Assembly (NCBI GenBank): GCA_963555755.3
Contig: OY820905.2
Coordinates: 4,512,001 to 4,576,000 of the forward strand
DNA length: 64,000 nt
Direction of reading: 5' to 3'
Source: Nitrospirales bacterium
GTDB taxonomy: Bacteria; Nitrospirota; Nitrospiria; Nitrospirales; UBA8639
Shown here: piece after piece, positions 29,086 through 40,143 of the stretch
Layout: each line of letters starts with the position of its first letter
Position numbering within the stretch: the stretch's first letter is position 1
The notes under the pieces: generated by a model
The model's database searches: none
The model's input: only the letters and a program-made list of their open reading frames with translations
Told to the model about the DNA's origin: nothing
Translations under genes and position numbers: made by a program

Positions 29086-29925
29086 ATGAAAGTTAGCGGG
29101 TTTACATTTATTCGTAATGCGGTTCAGTATGATTTTCCTATTGTTGAAGCCATTACCTCGGTCTTGCCTATTGTCGATGAGTTTGTCGTCAACGTTGGAC
29201 GATCGGAAGATGATACCCTGAATGTCATTCAATCGATTGGGTCAGACAAGATTCGAATCGTTGAGTCGGTGTGGGATGACAGTCTGCGAAAGGACGGGCG
29301 CATTTTGGGAATTCAGCAGGATGTGGCCTTGTCGCACTGTACTGGAGATTGGGCGTTGCTTGTTCAGGGCGATGAAGTCCTGCACGAAGACGATTATCCT
29401 ATCATTCAGGAGGCACTTCGCACGCACTATGAAAATCCAGAAGTATTGGGACTCGTGTTTCGCATGGTCCATTTTAAAGGCGATTACTGGAGTGTGGATC
29501 CTTGGATGTATCGCAAGGCGACGCGGATTGTTCGCAATCACTGCGGTATTCATTCCGCGACAGATGGTTGTGATTTCATGGCACCTGGCAAGCCGCGAAT
29601 GCTTAAGCACGACCCGAATAGCCGCTTGATCAAGGCGCGAATGTTTCATTATGGGTGGGTAAAGGCCCCAAAAGTGATGTGTCAAAAATTGCAATACCAA
29701 ATTAGTTTTTATGAAGGGGATAGGCTTTCCGGTGAAGAAATACATTGGCAAGCGGTTCTGCGTTCTGAATACCCAACATATGATATTTTAAAGGAATATC
29801 AGGAAAGCCATCCGAATGTCATGCAAAGGAGAATCGAAGGGGCAACACGGATTCGTCCTCGAAAAAACCGGTGGCTTAACCCTCAATTTTATTCAGCCAT
29901 CTTACAACATGGATTCCACGGGTAA
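29086..29925 (+). CDS. GT2-like glycosyltransferase
   Basis: SGFTFIRNA..YDFP; SEDDT; QGDE; HYGWVK. Confidence 0.8.
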   Translation: MKVSGFTFIRNAVQYDFPIVEAITSVLPIVDEFVVNVGRSEDDTLNVIQSIGSDKIRIVESVWDDSLRKDGRILGIQQDVALSHCTGDWALLVQGDEVLHEDDYPIIQEALRTHYENPEVLGLVFRMVHFKGDYWSVDPWMYRKATRIVRNHCGIHSATDGCDFMAPGKPRMLKHDPNSRLIKARMFHYGWVKAPKVMCQKLQYQISFYEGDRLSGEEIHWQAVLRSEYPTYDILKEYQESHPNVMQRRIEGATRIRPRKNRWLNPQFYSAILQHGFHG

Positions 29926-29934
29926 ATCTTTTTT

Positions 29935-30726
29935 GTGGAAATCTCAGCCGTCATTCTCACCAAAAATGAAGAGGGCAATATTGGACCCTGTCTCTCCACC
30001 CTCCAATGGGTAGACGAGATTATTGTGGTTGATTCACAGAGTACGGATAATACGGTCGCACTTGCTCGGGCGTTGACCGGGCGGGTGTACGTTGAGCCCT
30101 GGCGAGGCTTTGGTCCTCAAAAGAATTTTGGAATAGATCATGCCAGTGGCGAGTGGATATTGATCATTGATGCCGATGAACGAGTAACGGAAGAGCTTCA
30201 AAAGGAAATACTTGCGGTCATCGCTTCCGTTAAGGGGAGAAGCGTTGTTGGTTTTAGAATTCCCAGGAGGAATTATTTTTATGGAAGTTGGATGAAAAAT
30301 GGTGGAATGTTTCCAGATTATCAACTTCGGTTGTTTAGGAAACAAGTTGGACGTTATGATGATACTCTTCTTCACGAAAATCTGATCATCCCTGGAAATC
30401 TGGAGACACTTCATTCCCCATTAGATCATCATTCCATACCCTCAATCGCCCATCATGTCAGAAAAATGCAGCATTATACGTCCTTAGCCGCCATGGAAAA
30501 GCTCAAAAAGATTCAGAACGTTTCAAGTTTGACTCTCATCAGTCATCATCTTGTCATCTTATTTAAAACGTTCATTCTGAAATCTGGATGGAAAGATGGT
30601 CTTCCTGGATTAGTTGCCGCTCTGTTTGCCGCAATGCACACCTTTGTGAAATATGCAAAGGCCTATGAAATGCTTGAGATTCACCCAAGTCGTAGGTACC
30701 CTTCCCATGTTTCAGATCGATTGTGA
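29935..30726 (+). CDS. GT2 glycosyltransferase (KdtX-like paralogue)
   Basis: KNEE; VVDSQSTD; GFGPQKN; IDADE; PDYQLRLF; YAK. Confidence 0.88.
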   Translation: MEISAVILTKNEEGNIGPCLSTLQWVDEIIVVDSQSTDNTVALARALTGRVYVEPWRGFGPQKNFGIDHASGEWILIIDADERVTEELQKEILAVIASVKGRSVVGFRIPRRNYFYGSWMKNGGMFPDYQLRLFRKQVGRYDDTLLHENLIIPGNLETLHSPLDHHSIPSIAHHVRKMQHYTSLAAMEKLKKIQNVSSLTLISHHLVILFKTFILKSGWKDGLPGLVAALFAAMHTFVKYAKAYEMLEIHPSRRYPSHVSDRL

Positions 30727-30916
30727 CATCTCGTCTCAGACTTGCGGAATGGTAAATTTGGAGTCCCGCTCATGCCAGGTTCTCGGCCGATCTTTGGGAT
30801 GTCCTGAGTGTGTGTACATGTAGTCTTTCTCGCAACATCCTAGAGATGATTCCAGAATAAGATGATAACGGCTGTTTCAATAATTATTGTCTAGATTCGA
30901 TGGTTTGGAACAATTC

Positions 30917-32641
30917 ATGCGGAAGATGACTTCAATTCCGAATCATTTGAGATTATGGGTTCCCAAGATCCCCAACTCATACCAAGGGAATCTCTATTGT
31001 ATTTTAGGCCCAGGCCTTGGTGATACTGTCAATGATTTTCGGATTCTCCACGAACTTCGAAAGTATTATTCCTTTGCGACGTTTATTACATATGTCGACC
31101 CGCGATGGAAGGAACTCTACGAACTCATTCCTGAATTTGAGAAGTTGACTCTCCGCTTTTATGACGAGGCTCCTTCCGGCCAATACTCTCCTTCGCTTCA
31201 CAGGAAGCCGTACTATCAAACCTTTCATTCTCTGGTGCATGAGATATGTCAGGAGATCGAGTTGACCCCGGGTTACGTGGCTTTGGCAAGTTTTTATTGC
31301 CCAGATCAGCTACCGAAAAAAGAATCCAGTATATCCATGAAAGCCAGAGCTATTGGTCTCCCCATGAGCCGAGAGCAGCGTCGTCCTTTTTTGCCTTTTC
31401 CTGAAAGGTATGAAGCTGATGTACAACGAGTTCTACAATCGAAAGGAATGATTTCAGGGGAATATTGTGTTGTGGCTCCTCATACGTTTCCTGATAAGAT
31501 GTGGGTTGATGAATCATGGGAACATGTCATGACTGAATGTGTGGAAAAGATGTCGATACCTGTTTTATTGGTAGGACTTCCTGGATACCCATCACTCTGT
31601 CAGGGTGTGGTTCAAGAGGCTCTTGGGTTACCCCTTCATATTGTTGCGGGTCTTATTTCGAAGGCCCGATGTTTTATTGGGCTTGATTCAGGCTTAACAC
31701 ATCTTGCGGCGAGTTATGATATTCCTATCATGACATTGAACCCTCAAGGGAAATTTCCCCCATTCCTTATTGAAGTACAATCACCGATGCGATGGACGCA
31801 TTTGACTCCTGGCATTTATGGTAGTCAGACAATCCCTTCTGAATCAGTTCTTGCAATTGTGAAGAGGGCCTTACAAGAGGAAACACCTGAATGTTGTCCT
31901 CTTTGTTCAGACATACCCTATGTTTTGATTGGAAAGAATGATAAGAGACTGTTTCTTTGTCGATGTGGCCTCGTATTTCTAAGCCCTTCAATCACTAGGC
32001 ATGGTCAAGCTACAATAGACAGGTCCGAGGAGGTGATCTCCTTGCCTAGGCACGTCAGCGATCTTCGGGCATTTCAGGATTGGTTGAATCAACAACGAGA
32101 ACAGGCGTTAGAGCGGGAAGGTGATGCCGATATCAGAGTTCATTTTGAGCATTGGAGGCTAACAGGTACTGATCCGGATACCTTTCTTTCCTGCGGGCCA
32201 GAGCAAGACGTGTGGTGGACCTGGGACGCTGTGTATCAGGTGTTATCGAAAAATGGATGGCATGTGATGGAGAGTCGAGGACAACCAGCATCTCGTGGTC
32301 AAGGGTTTTTATATTCCTTTACTATTCGAGCAATTTCTATTGGGTGGGAAGATACAGATCCTGCTCTGCAAAGGCCTTGGGGCGCACGGTTGGTATGGTT
32401 TCGTCGCTCTCTTTGTGAGCGATGGCTGTGTTGGGAAAGTTTTGAGAGGAATAATGAACTTGAAGCCCTGGGCTGGTTGCTTGTGAACGAGGGATTTGAA
32501 CGAGACGGACGGGATATCTTGCGCTTCGTCGCGACGCTCGGGTTGCGGGGGCGAACCATTGGGAGAGTGATTCGTTCAGAGTTGAAAGCTCTGGCGGCTG
32601 GTTTTAGGAATTCCTCAAAAACCGTTGCGGAGGTCCCTTGA
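30917..32641 (+). CDS. GT9-family protein fused to a Cys-rich and unknown C-terminal region
   Basis: GLGD; PDKMW; FIGLDSGLTHLAA (GT9), then CCPLC...LCRCGLVF and about 200 unassigned residues. Confidence 0.7.
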   Translation: MRKMTSIPNHLRLWVPKIPNSYQGNLYCILGPGLGDTVNDFRILHELRKYYSFATFITYVDPRWKELYELIPEFEKLTLRFYDEAPSGQYSPSLHRKPYYQTFHSLVHEICQEIELTPGYVALASFYCPDQLPKKESSISMKARAIGLPMSREQRRPFLPFPERYEADVQRVLQSKGMISGEYCVVAPHTFPDKMWVDESWEHVMTECVEKMSIPVLLVGLPGYPSLCQGVVQEALGLPLHIVAGLISKARCFIGLDSGLTHLAASYDIPIMTLNPQGKFPPFLIEVQSPMRWTHLTPGIYGSQTIPSESVLAIVKRALQEETPECCPLCSDIPYVLIGKNDKRLFLCRCGLVFLSPSITRHGQATIDRSEEVISLPRHVSDLRAFQDWLNQQREQALEREGDADIRVHFEHWRLTGTDPDTFLSCGPEQDVWWTWDAVYQVLSKNGWHVMESRGQPASRGQGFLYSFTIRAISIGWEDTDPALQRPWGARLVWFRRSLCERWLCWESFERNNELEALGWLLVNEGFERDGRDILRFVATLGLRGRTIGRVIRSELKALAAGFRNSSKTVAEVP

Positions 32642-32705
32642 GGGAGTAGGTAGAGTTGTGTGAATCGTTAAAGCCTATACATTCAAGAAATGACGAGTTG
32701 CCTCT

Positions 32706-33818
32706 ATGCCTAAAAATGTCCTGTACGTTCATGGTATTGGAGAGATTGGGGGAGCAGAGAAGGATTTATTGTCGTATCTGTGCTTATTGGATCGAACTGA
32801 GTTTCTGCCTCATGTGGTGTGTCCCGGATCCGGAGCCCTGATAGAGGAAGTGAAAAGATTACACGTTCCGGTTATGGCTCTGCAGTTGCCCCCCTGGAGG
32901 AAATTAAAAAATAGATTCCAGGTTCCCTGGGCGGTGTGGAAATTAGTCAAGATTTTTCGTCAGTGGAATATTGATATCGTTCATGTCAATGACTACTGGT
33001 GGGCTCCCGTGGCATATCTTGCCGCAAAGATTTGCCGAATTCCTGTGATTGTTCATATTCGGCAACAGATTGAACCGGTTCGCATTAAACAGTATTGGCT
33101 GGACAAACCTGACTATCTTTGTCCCGTTTCGAAAGATATTGAAAATGTAATACTGTCCATGGCTGTGACGCCAAGTCACGTTCATGTGACCTATAGCGGC
33201 ATTGATCTGGATCGTTTTTGTCATACCGTGGACCAACGTGAAATTCGTCGGCGATATGGTTTGAAAGATGGCCAGCCAATCATTGGGACTGTGGCCAATC
33301 TTTTTCCACGAAAGGGATATGAGTATTTGCTCGAAGCGCTGGTTGAGATTAAGGATGCGATGCCAGATATTTGTTGCTTTATTGTTGGCGAGGGACCAGA
33401 AGCATATCAACAAAAGCTTTTTCAGTTAGTTGAAAAAAAGCAGTTGATGGCCAATGTTATATTTGCCGGTTTTCAAAAAAATGTGCATGAATTCATCAAT
33501 GCGTTTGATGTCTTTGTATTGCCATCTCTTATGGAAGGATTTGGTATTGCTTTATTGGAGGCCATGGCCATGCGTAAGCCTATTGTCGCCTGTCGTGTAG
33601 GGGGAATTCCTGAGGTCATCACTGATGGAGTGACAGGTATTTTGGTGCCACCAAAAGATTCGCACGCATTAGCGAAGGCCATAGTGGGGCTGATATCCGA
33701 TGAAAAGGCCAAGCGACGTTTCGGAGAGGCTGCGAGAAAAGTTGTGGAAGAACAATTCTCACAAGAAATGGCTATGAAAAGGGTTGAAAATCTTTACCGT
33801 GATCTTACAGGGTTGTAG
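32706..33818 (+). CDS. GT4 glycosyltransferase
   Basis: GGAE; RKG; DVFVLPS..EGFGIALLEAMA; GGIPEVI. Confidence 0.9.
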   Translation: MPKNVLYVHGIGEIGGAEKDLLSYLCLLDRTEFLPHVVCPGSGALIEEVKRLHVPVMALQLPPWRKLKNRFQVPWAVWKLVKIFRQWNIDIVHVNDYWWAPVAYLAAKICRIPVIVHIRQQIEPVRIKQYWLDKPDYLCPVSKDIENVILSMAVTPSHVHVTYSGIDLDRFCHTVDQREIRRRYGLKDGQPIIGTVANLFPRKGYEYLLEALVEIKDAMPDICCFIVGEGPEAYQQKLFQLVEKKQLMANVIFAGFQKNVHEFINAFDVFVLPSLMEGFGIALLEAMAMRKPIVACRVGGIPEVITDGVTGILVPPKDSHALAKAIVGLISDEKAKRRFGEAARKVVEEQFSQEMAMKRVENLYRDLTGL

Positions 33819-33888
33819 AGGAATTCTGTGTGCGTAGCGAGTGATTCTGCAAAGTAGACAGAACGGAAAGGGAGGAAAGGACGACTAC

Positions 33889-35430
33889 TTATTGGGGTTG
33901 ATTGAGGGGGGTTGGTTGGGAAGAGGAGCGAAGCAGGTGCTCTGGAATAGACCCCTGTCCCATGGAATGTTCGTAGCGAACTCCCGACGAAGCCTCGGGG
34001 TAGGGTATGTGTAAAAAACTTCGCACATCCGCTTCTAGCCAATCTCGTAATCGCACGAGATCTTCGGCTGTGAGAGAGTCTGTGTAGACATACGATGTAT
34101 ACTCTCCCGGTATTCCCTTATAATATTCTGCCGTTTCGTTATAGTTCACTTCTACGCTATGTAAGCGATCACCGGTTTTATGATAGGTATAGGTCCAGAT
34201 CCGGGGGGATGTTTCTACGGCCTCGTCAAAATAGGGTGTTCCTGGATATGTGGTGATGACCGTGGTATCAAAGTCATTCGGCTGAACTAACCGCAGCCAG
34301 TCGCGTGTGTCTTTGATGGTTTGTTCTGTTTCCCCAGGGTGCCCAACGGACATGAGCGCCTTCACTTTGAGCCCATGTCGTCTGGCGATTTCCATGCATC
34401 GAGTATTGTCCTCAAGGGTGGCTATCTTTTGAATATTGGTGAGAATCCGTTCAGCGCCTGATTCAAAGCCAATAAGCAGCCAACGAAATCCAGCTTGATA
34501 CATGGCTTCGGCTTGTTCGTCCGTAAACAATTCAGCCTTGATGAAACCTCTAAGCCGGAACTCGACACCGAGGTTGTGCTGCGCTTGGGATATGAGCGTC
34601 ATTAACTCAACCATTTTTGGATTGACGTTGAGTTCGTCATCGTAGAGCATGAATCCGCGTGTTCCATACTGTTCAAAAAGGTGGACCATTTCCTGAACCA
34701 CATTTTCACTTGTCCGAGTCCGAATGCGTCTGAGAGATGGACTGCTTCGTCCACCGCAAAATCCGCATCCAAATGGGCATCCTAATTGGGCAATCATGGA
34801 AAGAGCCGGGACGTCATCAATGGTGTAACGGTAGCTCTCCACATCCACTAAATGGCGAGCAGGAAATGGCAGGTCATTCAGAAGTGAGTTGGTTAAGAAT
34901 ATTTTGGATTGAGGATTATCTCCATCGACAATTTTTGGTGGGTGCTCGCATAAGGCATCAAATATCGCCAATTCACCATCCCCGGCGACCAAGACATCGT
35001 ATTGTTGTTGGAGTTGTTGGAGGGCTTCGGTGGCCCTCCCTATGATCCCGCGTTTACATTCGTTTTTGTGCGCGGAATGGACGAGGGTGGTATGAGGTCC
35101 CCCTAAAATAATACGAGAATGTGGAAGGTGGGCGCGAAGCACGATTTGGATCTTGCCCGCAGCGGGGATTTGGGGAGTCGTAGCCGTCAGGCCAAAGGTC
35201 TGGATCGAAGTGGTATTTGCGTAATCTCGAACGACTTCTTCGTAGTTTTCTACTCCTGATAAATCTAAGACATCCACTGAATAGCCGGCATTTTCCAAGA
35301 CCGCGGCAATACGGAGAATGCCAAGACTCATGAAAACTCGTTCATCTAAGAGAAACACCGAGGGGGGAATGATCAGGCAGATGGAACGAGTCATGAAATT
35401 GTGTGGTCCGGACGCTGTGGGGATGGACAA
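33889..35430 (-). CDS. Cobalamin-binding radical SAM protein (class B methylase-like)
   Basis: N-terminal SLG...GGPH.T...GDGE B12 domain; CPFGCGFC; GFESG; YPGTP. Confidence 0.88.
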   Translation of the reverse strand: MSIPTASGPHNFMTRSICLIIPPSVFLLDERVFMSLGILRIAAVLENAGYSVDVLDLSGVENYEEVVRDYANTTSIQTFGLTATTPQIPAAGKIQIVLRAHLPHSRIILGGPHTTLVHSAHKNECKRGIIGRATEALQQLQQQYDVLVAGDGELAIFDALCEHPPKIVDGDNPQSKIFLTNSLLNDLPFPARHLVDVESYRYTIDDVPALSMIAQLGCPFGCGFCGGRSSPSLRRIRTRTSENVVQEMVHLFEQYGTRGFMLYDDELNVNPKMVELMTLISQAQHNLGVEFRLRGFIKAELFTDEQAEAMYQAGFRWLLIGFESGAERILTNIQKIATLEDNTRCMEIARRHGLKVKALMSVGHPGETEQTIKDTRDWLRLVQPNDFDTTVITTYPGTPYFDEAVETSPRIWTYTYHKTGDRLHSVEVNYNETAEYYKGIPGEYTSYVYTDSLTAEDLVRLRDWLEADVRSFLHIPYPEASSGVRYEHSMGQGSIPEHLLRSSSQPTPLNQPQ

Positions 35431-35468
35431 CTATTACTATTAGGTTGCTAGGGGTTGCTTATTAGTAT

Positions 35469-36581
35469 TTACAGAGCTTTTCGGCAAATATCAAGGAAAT
35501 ACTCCGCTCTTTTTTCGCATGTATGGTGATTGACAAGGTGCAGGTAACCCTTTTCAATGATTTCTTGTCGTTCGGATTCATTTTGAAGGTAGTATTTGAC
35601 CAATTCTACCAGGTTGCTTAAGTCTCGTTTGATAAAAACAGCATGGGTGTTATGGATAAAATTATGAGGGATGACCGAGTAGGGTATATCTGATAAGAGT
35701 AATGTCTTGCATGCGACAATTTCATAGTAGCGAATCGGGGGGGTGAGCCCCCCACCACGAAGGCATAGGGCAATTTTTGAACGGAAAATTTGGTTAAAAT
35801 ATGGATTGTTTCCTTGGCTGTCTGGATCGGGGGAAAGTTTAGGAGCTTCGTAATTGTGAGGGGCTGCGGCCAAGGGAAAAAATTTGTCTTTGAGCCGTTC
35901 TATCCCTGGTCCTCTCATTTTGTATGTCTGATCGCCAGGGTCTCTATATAGTCCGCCATCGAAATTAATTGCTGATGTATTCTTTAATATGGTGATCGCT
36001 TTAGGGCGACATGGATGGGAAGCCCGTCCGGTATAGGAGAGATCGATGGTCTTGTCTCCACTGGGAATTGGTGGAATGGTTTGAAGTGCCACGCTCAACG
36101 GAAGCGGATAGGTTATGTTATATAAAGTACGATTCCACCTAAAGGACCGAACCGCGTCAATAAAATCCAGTAGCCGGTTTCGCGTGCCCCACACGTAGTC
36201 ACGTTTAAAATACAACTGAATGGGATATTGTGCCAAAAGGTCATGGCGGATGTAGGAATCTTCTTCTCCATCCAGTAGAACCAAGGGGGGCATCGGGGCT
36301 TTAGATTGTTGCAAGGAAGTCAAGGTGGTCAGTGCCACGGGGCGAGGTGCAAAGCAAATAAACGAAAATTCGTGTTGAAAAAGTTTTTCGATAACTTCTT
36401 CCTTAGAGGCCAGGGGAATCGAAGATTGGGGTACAAACCAGATTTTTGCCGAAGGGTCGTGGTATGTGGGCTTGGGAGGAAAATCAACGACATTTTGTGA
36501 ACCTAGAACCGAACACAACCCTGTATACATTTGATCGGTTTGGTGGTCGGGATCCGGCAAAGTGATAAAAAGGATTTTCAT
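35469..36581 (-). CDS. Glycosyltransferase (CgeB/Glyco_trans_1_2-like)
   Basis: YFKRD; SKIALC..G; RYYEIVAC; Y.L...ERQEI...G.....HHT...RA. Confidence 0.75.
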   Translation of the reverse strand: MKILFITLPDPDHQTDQMYTGLCSVLGSQNVVDFPPKPTYHDPSAKIWFVPQSSIPLASKEEVIEKLFQHEFSFICFAPRPVALTTLTSLQQSKAPMPPLVLLDGEEDSYIRHDLLAQYPIQLYFKRDYVWGTRNRLLDFIDAVRSFRWNRTLYNITYPLPLSVALQTIPPIPSGDKTIDLSYTGRASHPCRPKAITILKNTSAINFDGGLYRDPGDQTYKMRGPGIERLKDKFFPLAAAPHNYEAPKLSPDPDSQGNNPYFNQIFRSKIALCLRGGGLTPPIRYYEIVACKTLLLSDIPYSVIPHNFIHNTHAVFIKRDLSNLVELVKYYLQNESERQEIIEKGYLHLVNHHTCEKRAEYFLDICRKAL

Positions 36582-36988
36582 GTTACTTTTCCCTGTGCCC
36601 TTGTTTAAAGAGAATTATTGTCTTCACCTATAACTTCGAATGGGAAATCTGACTATTTGTTTGATTGGCTAGGAAGTTCTTTTAAAAATAATTTTTCTGA
36701 TAGAATACGTCTCGACTCTATTCACCAATTTACCAGAAGGTCAAGAAAAATAGATCGACATAATTCGTTGGATGAGATGATTTTTTGCTGGGGACTCACT
36801 TGTCAGCTCTGGAATTAATCTACCCATTTTTTGATTCAATATTTCCCACTTCTTACTTGATTGAAACTTCCTAGGCCTGTTATTGAGGGTACCCAGTGCC
36901 CGCAATGAAGAATTATTGCTTTGTAATGATAAGTACGAAATTTGATGGCGCTCGTTGAGTTTTTATTTTGTCTAAGGCGAGGATAGGG

Positions 36989-37795
36989 ATGAAACTACAT
37001 TGTTTTTTGTGTGCTTCTCCGCTGTTTCCTGATGATAGGGTGAGGGATCAGGAGTTGCACTCTCAATATTATAAGAAGAACAGGGAAGCGACTCCAGAGG
37101 ACGTGATGCTGAGTGTCATTCAAAATGGATGTACGTTTCCCGTTCAAGAAGGCAGGTGTATTCGGAATCCGTTCGTCAAGAGTATAGCATATAATTGGCT
37201 TCTCTGTGATGCCAACTGCCAAGGAGATTACTGGCTCTTTCTTCCGGAAGATTGTTTGGTGAAACCAGAGGGGTGGCAGGAAATTCAACGGCATATGCGT
37301 AAGGGGAAGGAGTGTTTTGGGCTTTCAAAAGATCCTAAAGGCTTGGTAGCCAAACAAGGAGTTTTTCAGAGTATTTCAAAAGAAGTCCAGGCTGTGTGCG
37401 ATATGAATTTCCTGGGAAAAGAAATTGGGGGTGCTGTATTACGCCAGACATTGGAAAAACAAGGCTTTCACTGTATTACTAAAAACTGGAAAAAATTTTC
37501 GTCAAATCCTGATCTTTGGGGGAATGAGTTGTATGGGCTTATGAATGTTCCTGATCATCCGGAAATTAATCGAACCTTAAATCTGCCAATTCTCCAAGAT
37601 TATGGCTTTGATGGATGGAAAGCGACCAAGGAAGAATTGGAGTCAACATTCATGAAAATTGTGTCGAGGAGTTTGGAATTACAACGGCAACAAGCTGATG
37701 CGGTGAAATCCCTCATTGCCCACTTTGGCCCATTGATTAGCGAATTACCTTATAAAGGTCTGTGGTCTGAGTTTATGAGCAGATTCAAAAAATAA
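36989..37795 (+). CDS. Hypothetical protein in the LPS cluster
   Basis: Long open frame in an AT-rich segment; no family recognised. Confidence 0.6.
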   Translation: MKLHCFLCASPLFPDDRVRDQELHSQYYKKNREATPEDVMLSVIQNGCTFPVQEGRCIRNPFVKSIAYNWLLCDANCQGDYWLFLPEDCLVKPEGWQEIQRHMRKGKECFGLSKDPKGLVAKQGVFQSISKEVQAVCDMNFLGKEIGGAVLRQTLEKQGFHCITKNWKKFSSNPDLWGNELYGLMNVPDHPEINRTLNLPILQDYGFDGWKATKEELESTFMKIVSRSLELQRQQADAVKSLIAHFGPLISELPYKGLWSEFMSRFKK

Positions 37796-37852
37796 GCCCC
37801 CTGTGTAGGTGCGATTAATACCAAATGTTGGCGTTGTTGGACTTCTGACTAA

Positions 37853-38965
37853 ATGAAAATTGGCTTTGATGCGACCCCCCTTATTCACCCAATTGGAGGA
37901 ATCGCATGCTATGCAAAGAATTTATTGAAAGCCCTATTAGAATTAAATAGCGGGGACATTTTTTTTGGGTATATCCCCATCGGCACTTCCTCGCAACTGC
38001 CATGGCCTACTCATGAATACGGTAAAAGGTTAAGATGGGTCGAAGTTAATCACCGTAGCCTTCGGCATCGAAGGGCCACTGACCAATTGGATGTGTACCA
38101 CGGAACAAATTTTAAACTTCAGACTTCAGGGCGTTATGGAACGGTGTTGACGATTCATGATCTTTGGTTAGATCGACATCCTGAATATTCCAAAAAGTTT
38201 TTTGGACAGCGACTTTCCTTTTATCGGACGAAACGACGGGTTCAGCAGGCTACTCGTGTGATTGCCGTGTCAGAGTTTACGGCGAAGGAAATTCAGGAAC
38301 TATACGGAGTGCCCGCGAACAAGATTTCAGTCATTCATCATGGAGTCTCGAAGGATTTTTTCCCTGACCCTGGTCCAATCAAGAACTTTAGTGGTTTCCG
38401 GGAACGTCTAGGGATTCGGGATAAGCCGTTTGTCTTATTTATCGGTGGGGCTAACCCAAGGAAAAATCATCAGGCGCTATTCAAAGCCCTTGCCCATAAT
38501 ACATATCTCAGCCAAGAACATTCGCTCGTGGTGGTAGGAAGTACATCATTTAAAAAACTCACCCTTAAAAAAACCATCCATGACCTCGGCTTGGAAGGAT
38601 GTGTCGTTTGTGTTGAGCAGGTGTCTCCTGATGAACTTCGAATGTTGTATTCGAGGGCCTCGTTATTCGTGTTCCCTTCAAGATATGAAGGCTTTGGCTT
38701 TCCTGTCCTTGAGGCGATGGCTTGTGGAGTTCCTGTCATAACTTCGAGATGTTCTGCCTTGCCAGAGGTGGCAGGGGACGCCGCGATATTGGTAGATCTT
38801 GAAAATTCAGAAGCGTTGGAACAGGCGATGGTTCAAGTCCTTCAAGACTTGGATCTTCAAAATACGCTTCGACAAAAGGGGGTAACACGAGCGGCTAGTT
38901 TTGATTGGATGCGGACGGCAGAACAAACTCTTCAGGTCTATCACTCAATTGGTCCTCAAAAATGA
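37853..38965 (+). CDS. GT4 glycosyltransferase (mannosyltransferase-like)
   Basis: [35 protein letters not shown]. Confidence 0.9.
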   Translation: MKIGFDATPLIHPIGGIACYAKNLLKALLELNSGDIFFGYIPIGTSSQLPWPTHEYGKRLRWVEVNHRSLRHRRATDQLDVYHGTNFKLQTSGRYGTVLTIHDLWLDRHPEYSKKFFGQRLSFYRTKRRVQQATRVIAVSEFTAKEIQELYGVPANKISVIHHGVSKDFFPDPGPIKNFSGFRERLGIRDKPFVLFIGGANPRKNHQALFKALAHNTYLSQEHSLVVVGSTSFKKLTLKKTIHDLGLEGCVVCVEQVSPDELRMLYSRASLFVFPSRYEGFGFPVLEAMACGVPVITSRCSALPEVAGDAAILVDLENSEALEQAMVQVLQDLDLQNTLRQKGVTRAASFDWMRTAEQTLQVYHSIGPQK

Positions 38966-39071
38966 TAGAGGTGCTTAAGGGAAGATTCAGTTTGCTGATA
39001 AAAAGAGCAAGTTTCCAAACTGGAAGTTAAGGAAGTTGCAGAAAAATTTTATCGAGAAGTTTCAATAGAAG

Positions 39072-40112
39072 ATGTCAAAAATTAAAGTACTACAAGCCGT
39101 AAGTCGATTGGAGATAGGTGGAACCGAAAAGGCCCTTCAGGTTTTCTGTAAATATCTTGATAAATCAAGATTTGAGGTCATTGCCTGTGGATGGCAACAA
39201 GGGGGTTGTCGAGTTGAAGAATTAAAAAAACTAGGGATTCCCGTTATAGTGGGGCCCGTGGATATCAATAAAGTGGTTCGTGATCATAAGATTGATATTT
39301 GCCATGTTTATCGATCTGGCCACTATGAACCAGGATCACTTCCTGACAAATCCAAAGGGTGGCCGAAGATCGTTGAGACGAGTATTTTCCATGATTTCGA
39401 TCCCATTGAAGGGCAGTCCATTGATCACCATTTCTTTGTGTCTGAGTTTTCTCGAAACCAATACCTTGAAAAAAATAGGTTGTCGCAGTCCCTGCAGTAT
39501 GATGTTTTGTATAATCCTGTAGATATGGAAGAGTTTCCTGAACGCCCAAAAACCTTTTCCTCCACCATTGGTCGATGTAGTCGAGCTGATGATGGCAAAT
39601 GGCACAAGGTCTGTATCGATTGTTTGCCGAAGGTGTTCAGAAAGGTTCCAGAAGCCAAATGTGTGATCCAGGGGATACCGGATACTATGCGCGAGCGGTT
39701 AGCCCATTTATCCGTAAATGAGAAAGTTCAGCTTTTTGAACCGAATATGAATGTCCAAGAGTTTTATCAACGTATCGATGTATTTATTCATGGTGCGCGA
39801 GTGGGTGAAACGTTTGGGTGTGTCATTGCTGAGGCCATGGCGAATAAAATTCCCGTCGTGACCCTGAGCACCCCTCGGGGCAAGAAAGCGAATGCGCAGG
39901 TTGAGTTGGTTGAGCACGGCATAACCGGGTTTGTGTGTCGATGGTCATGGCAATACGCGAATGCTGTCATTGAGCTGTTAAAGAATCACGATCTCAGGGA
40001 ACGGTTTGCTCGACAGGGCTATGAAAAAGCCTGCGAGCAGTTTGAAGCATCACGGCTGACACGAAAACTCGAGAATGTGTATACTTCGCTGATGGATGGG
40101 CCGCATGTTTGA
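39072..40112 (+). CDS. GT4 glycosyltransferase
   Basis: IGGTE; GETFGCVIAEAMA..PVV; G.TGF. Confidence 0.85.
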   Translation: MSKIKVLQAVSRLEIGGTEKALQVFCKYLDKSRFEVIACGWQQGGCRVEELKKLGIPVIVGPVDINKVVRDHKIDICHVYRSGHYEPGSLPDKSKGWPKIVETSIFHDFDPIEGQSIDHHFFVSEFSRNQYLEKNRLSQSLQYDVLYNPVDMEEFPERPKTFSSTIGRCSRADDGKWHKVCIDCLPKVFRKVPEAKCVIQGIPDTMRERLAHLSVNEKVQLFEPNMNVQEFYQRIDVFIHGARVGETFGCVIAEAMANKIPVVTLSTPRGKKANAQVELVEHGITGFVCRWSWQYANAVIELLKNHDLRERFARQGYEKACEQFEASRLTRKLENVYTSLMDGPHV

Positions 40113-40143
40113 GTATCGGGATTCTTAACTCCCTTTTGATCTG

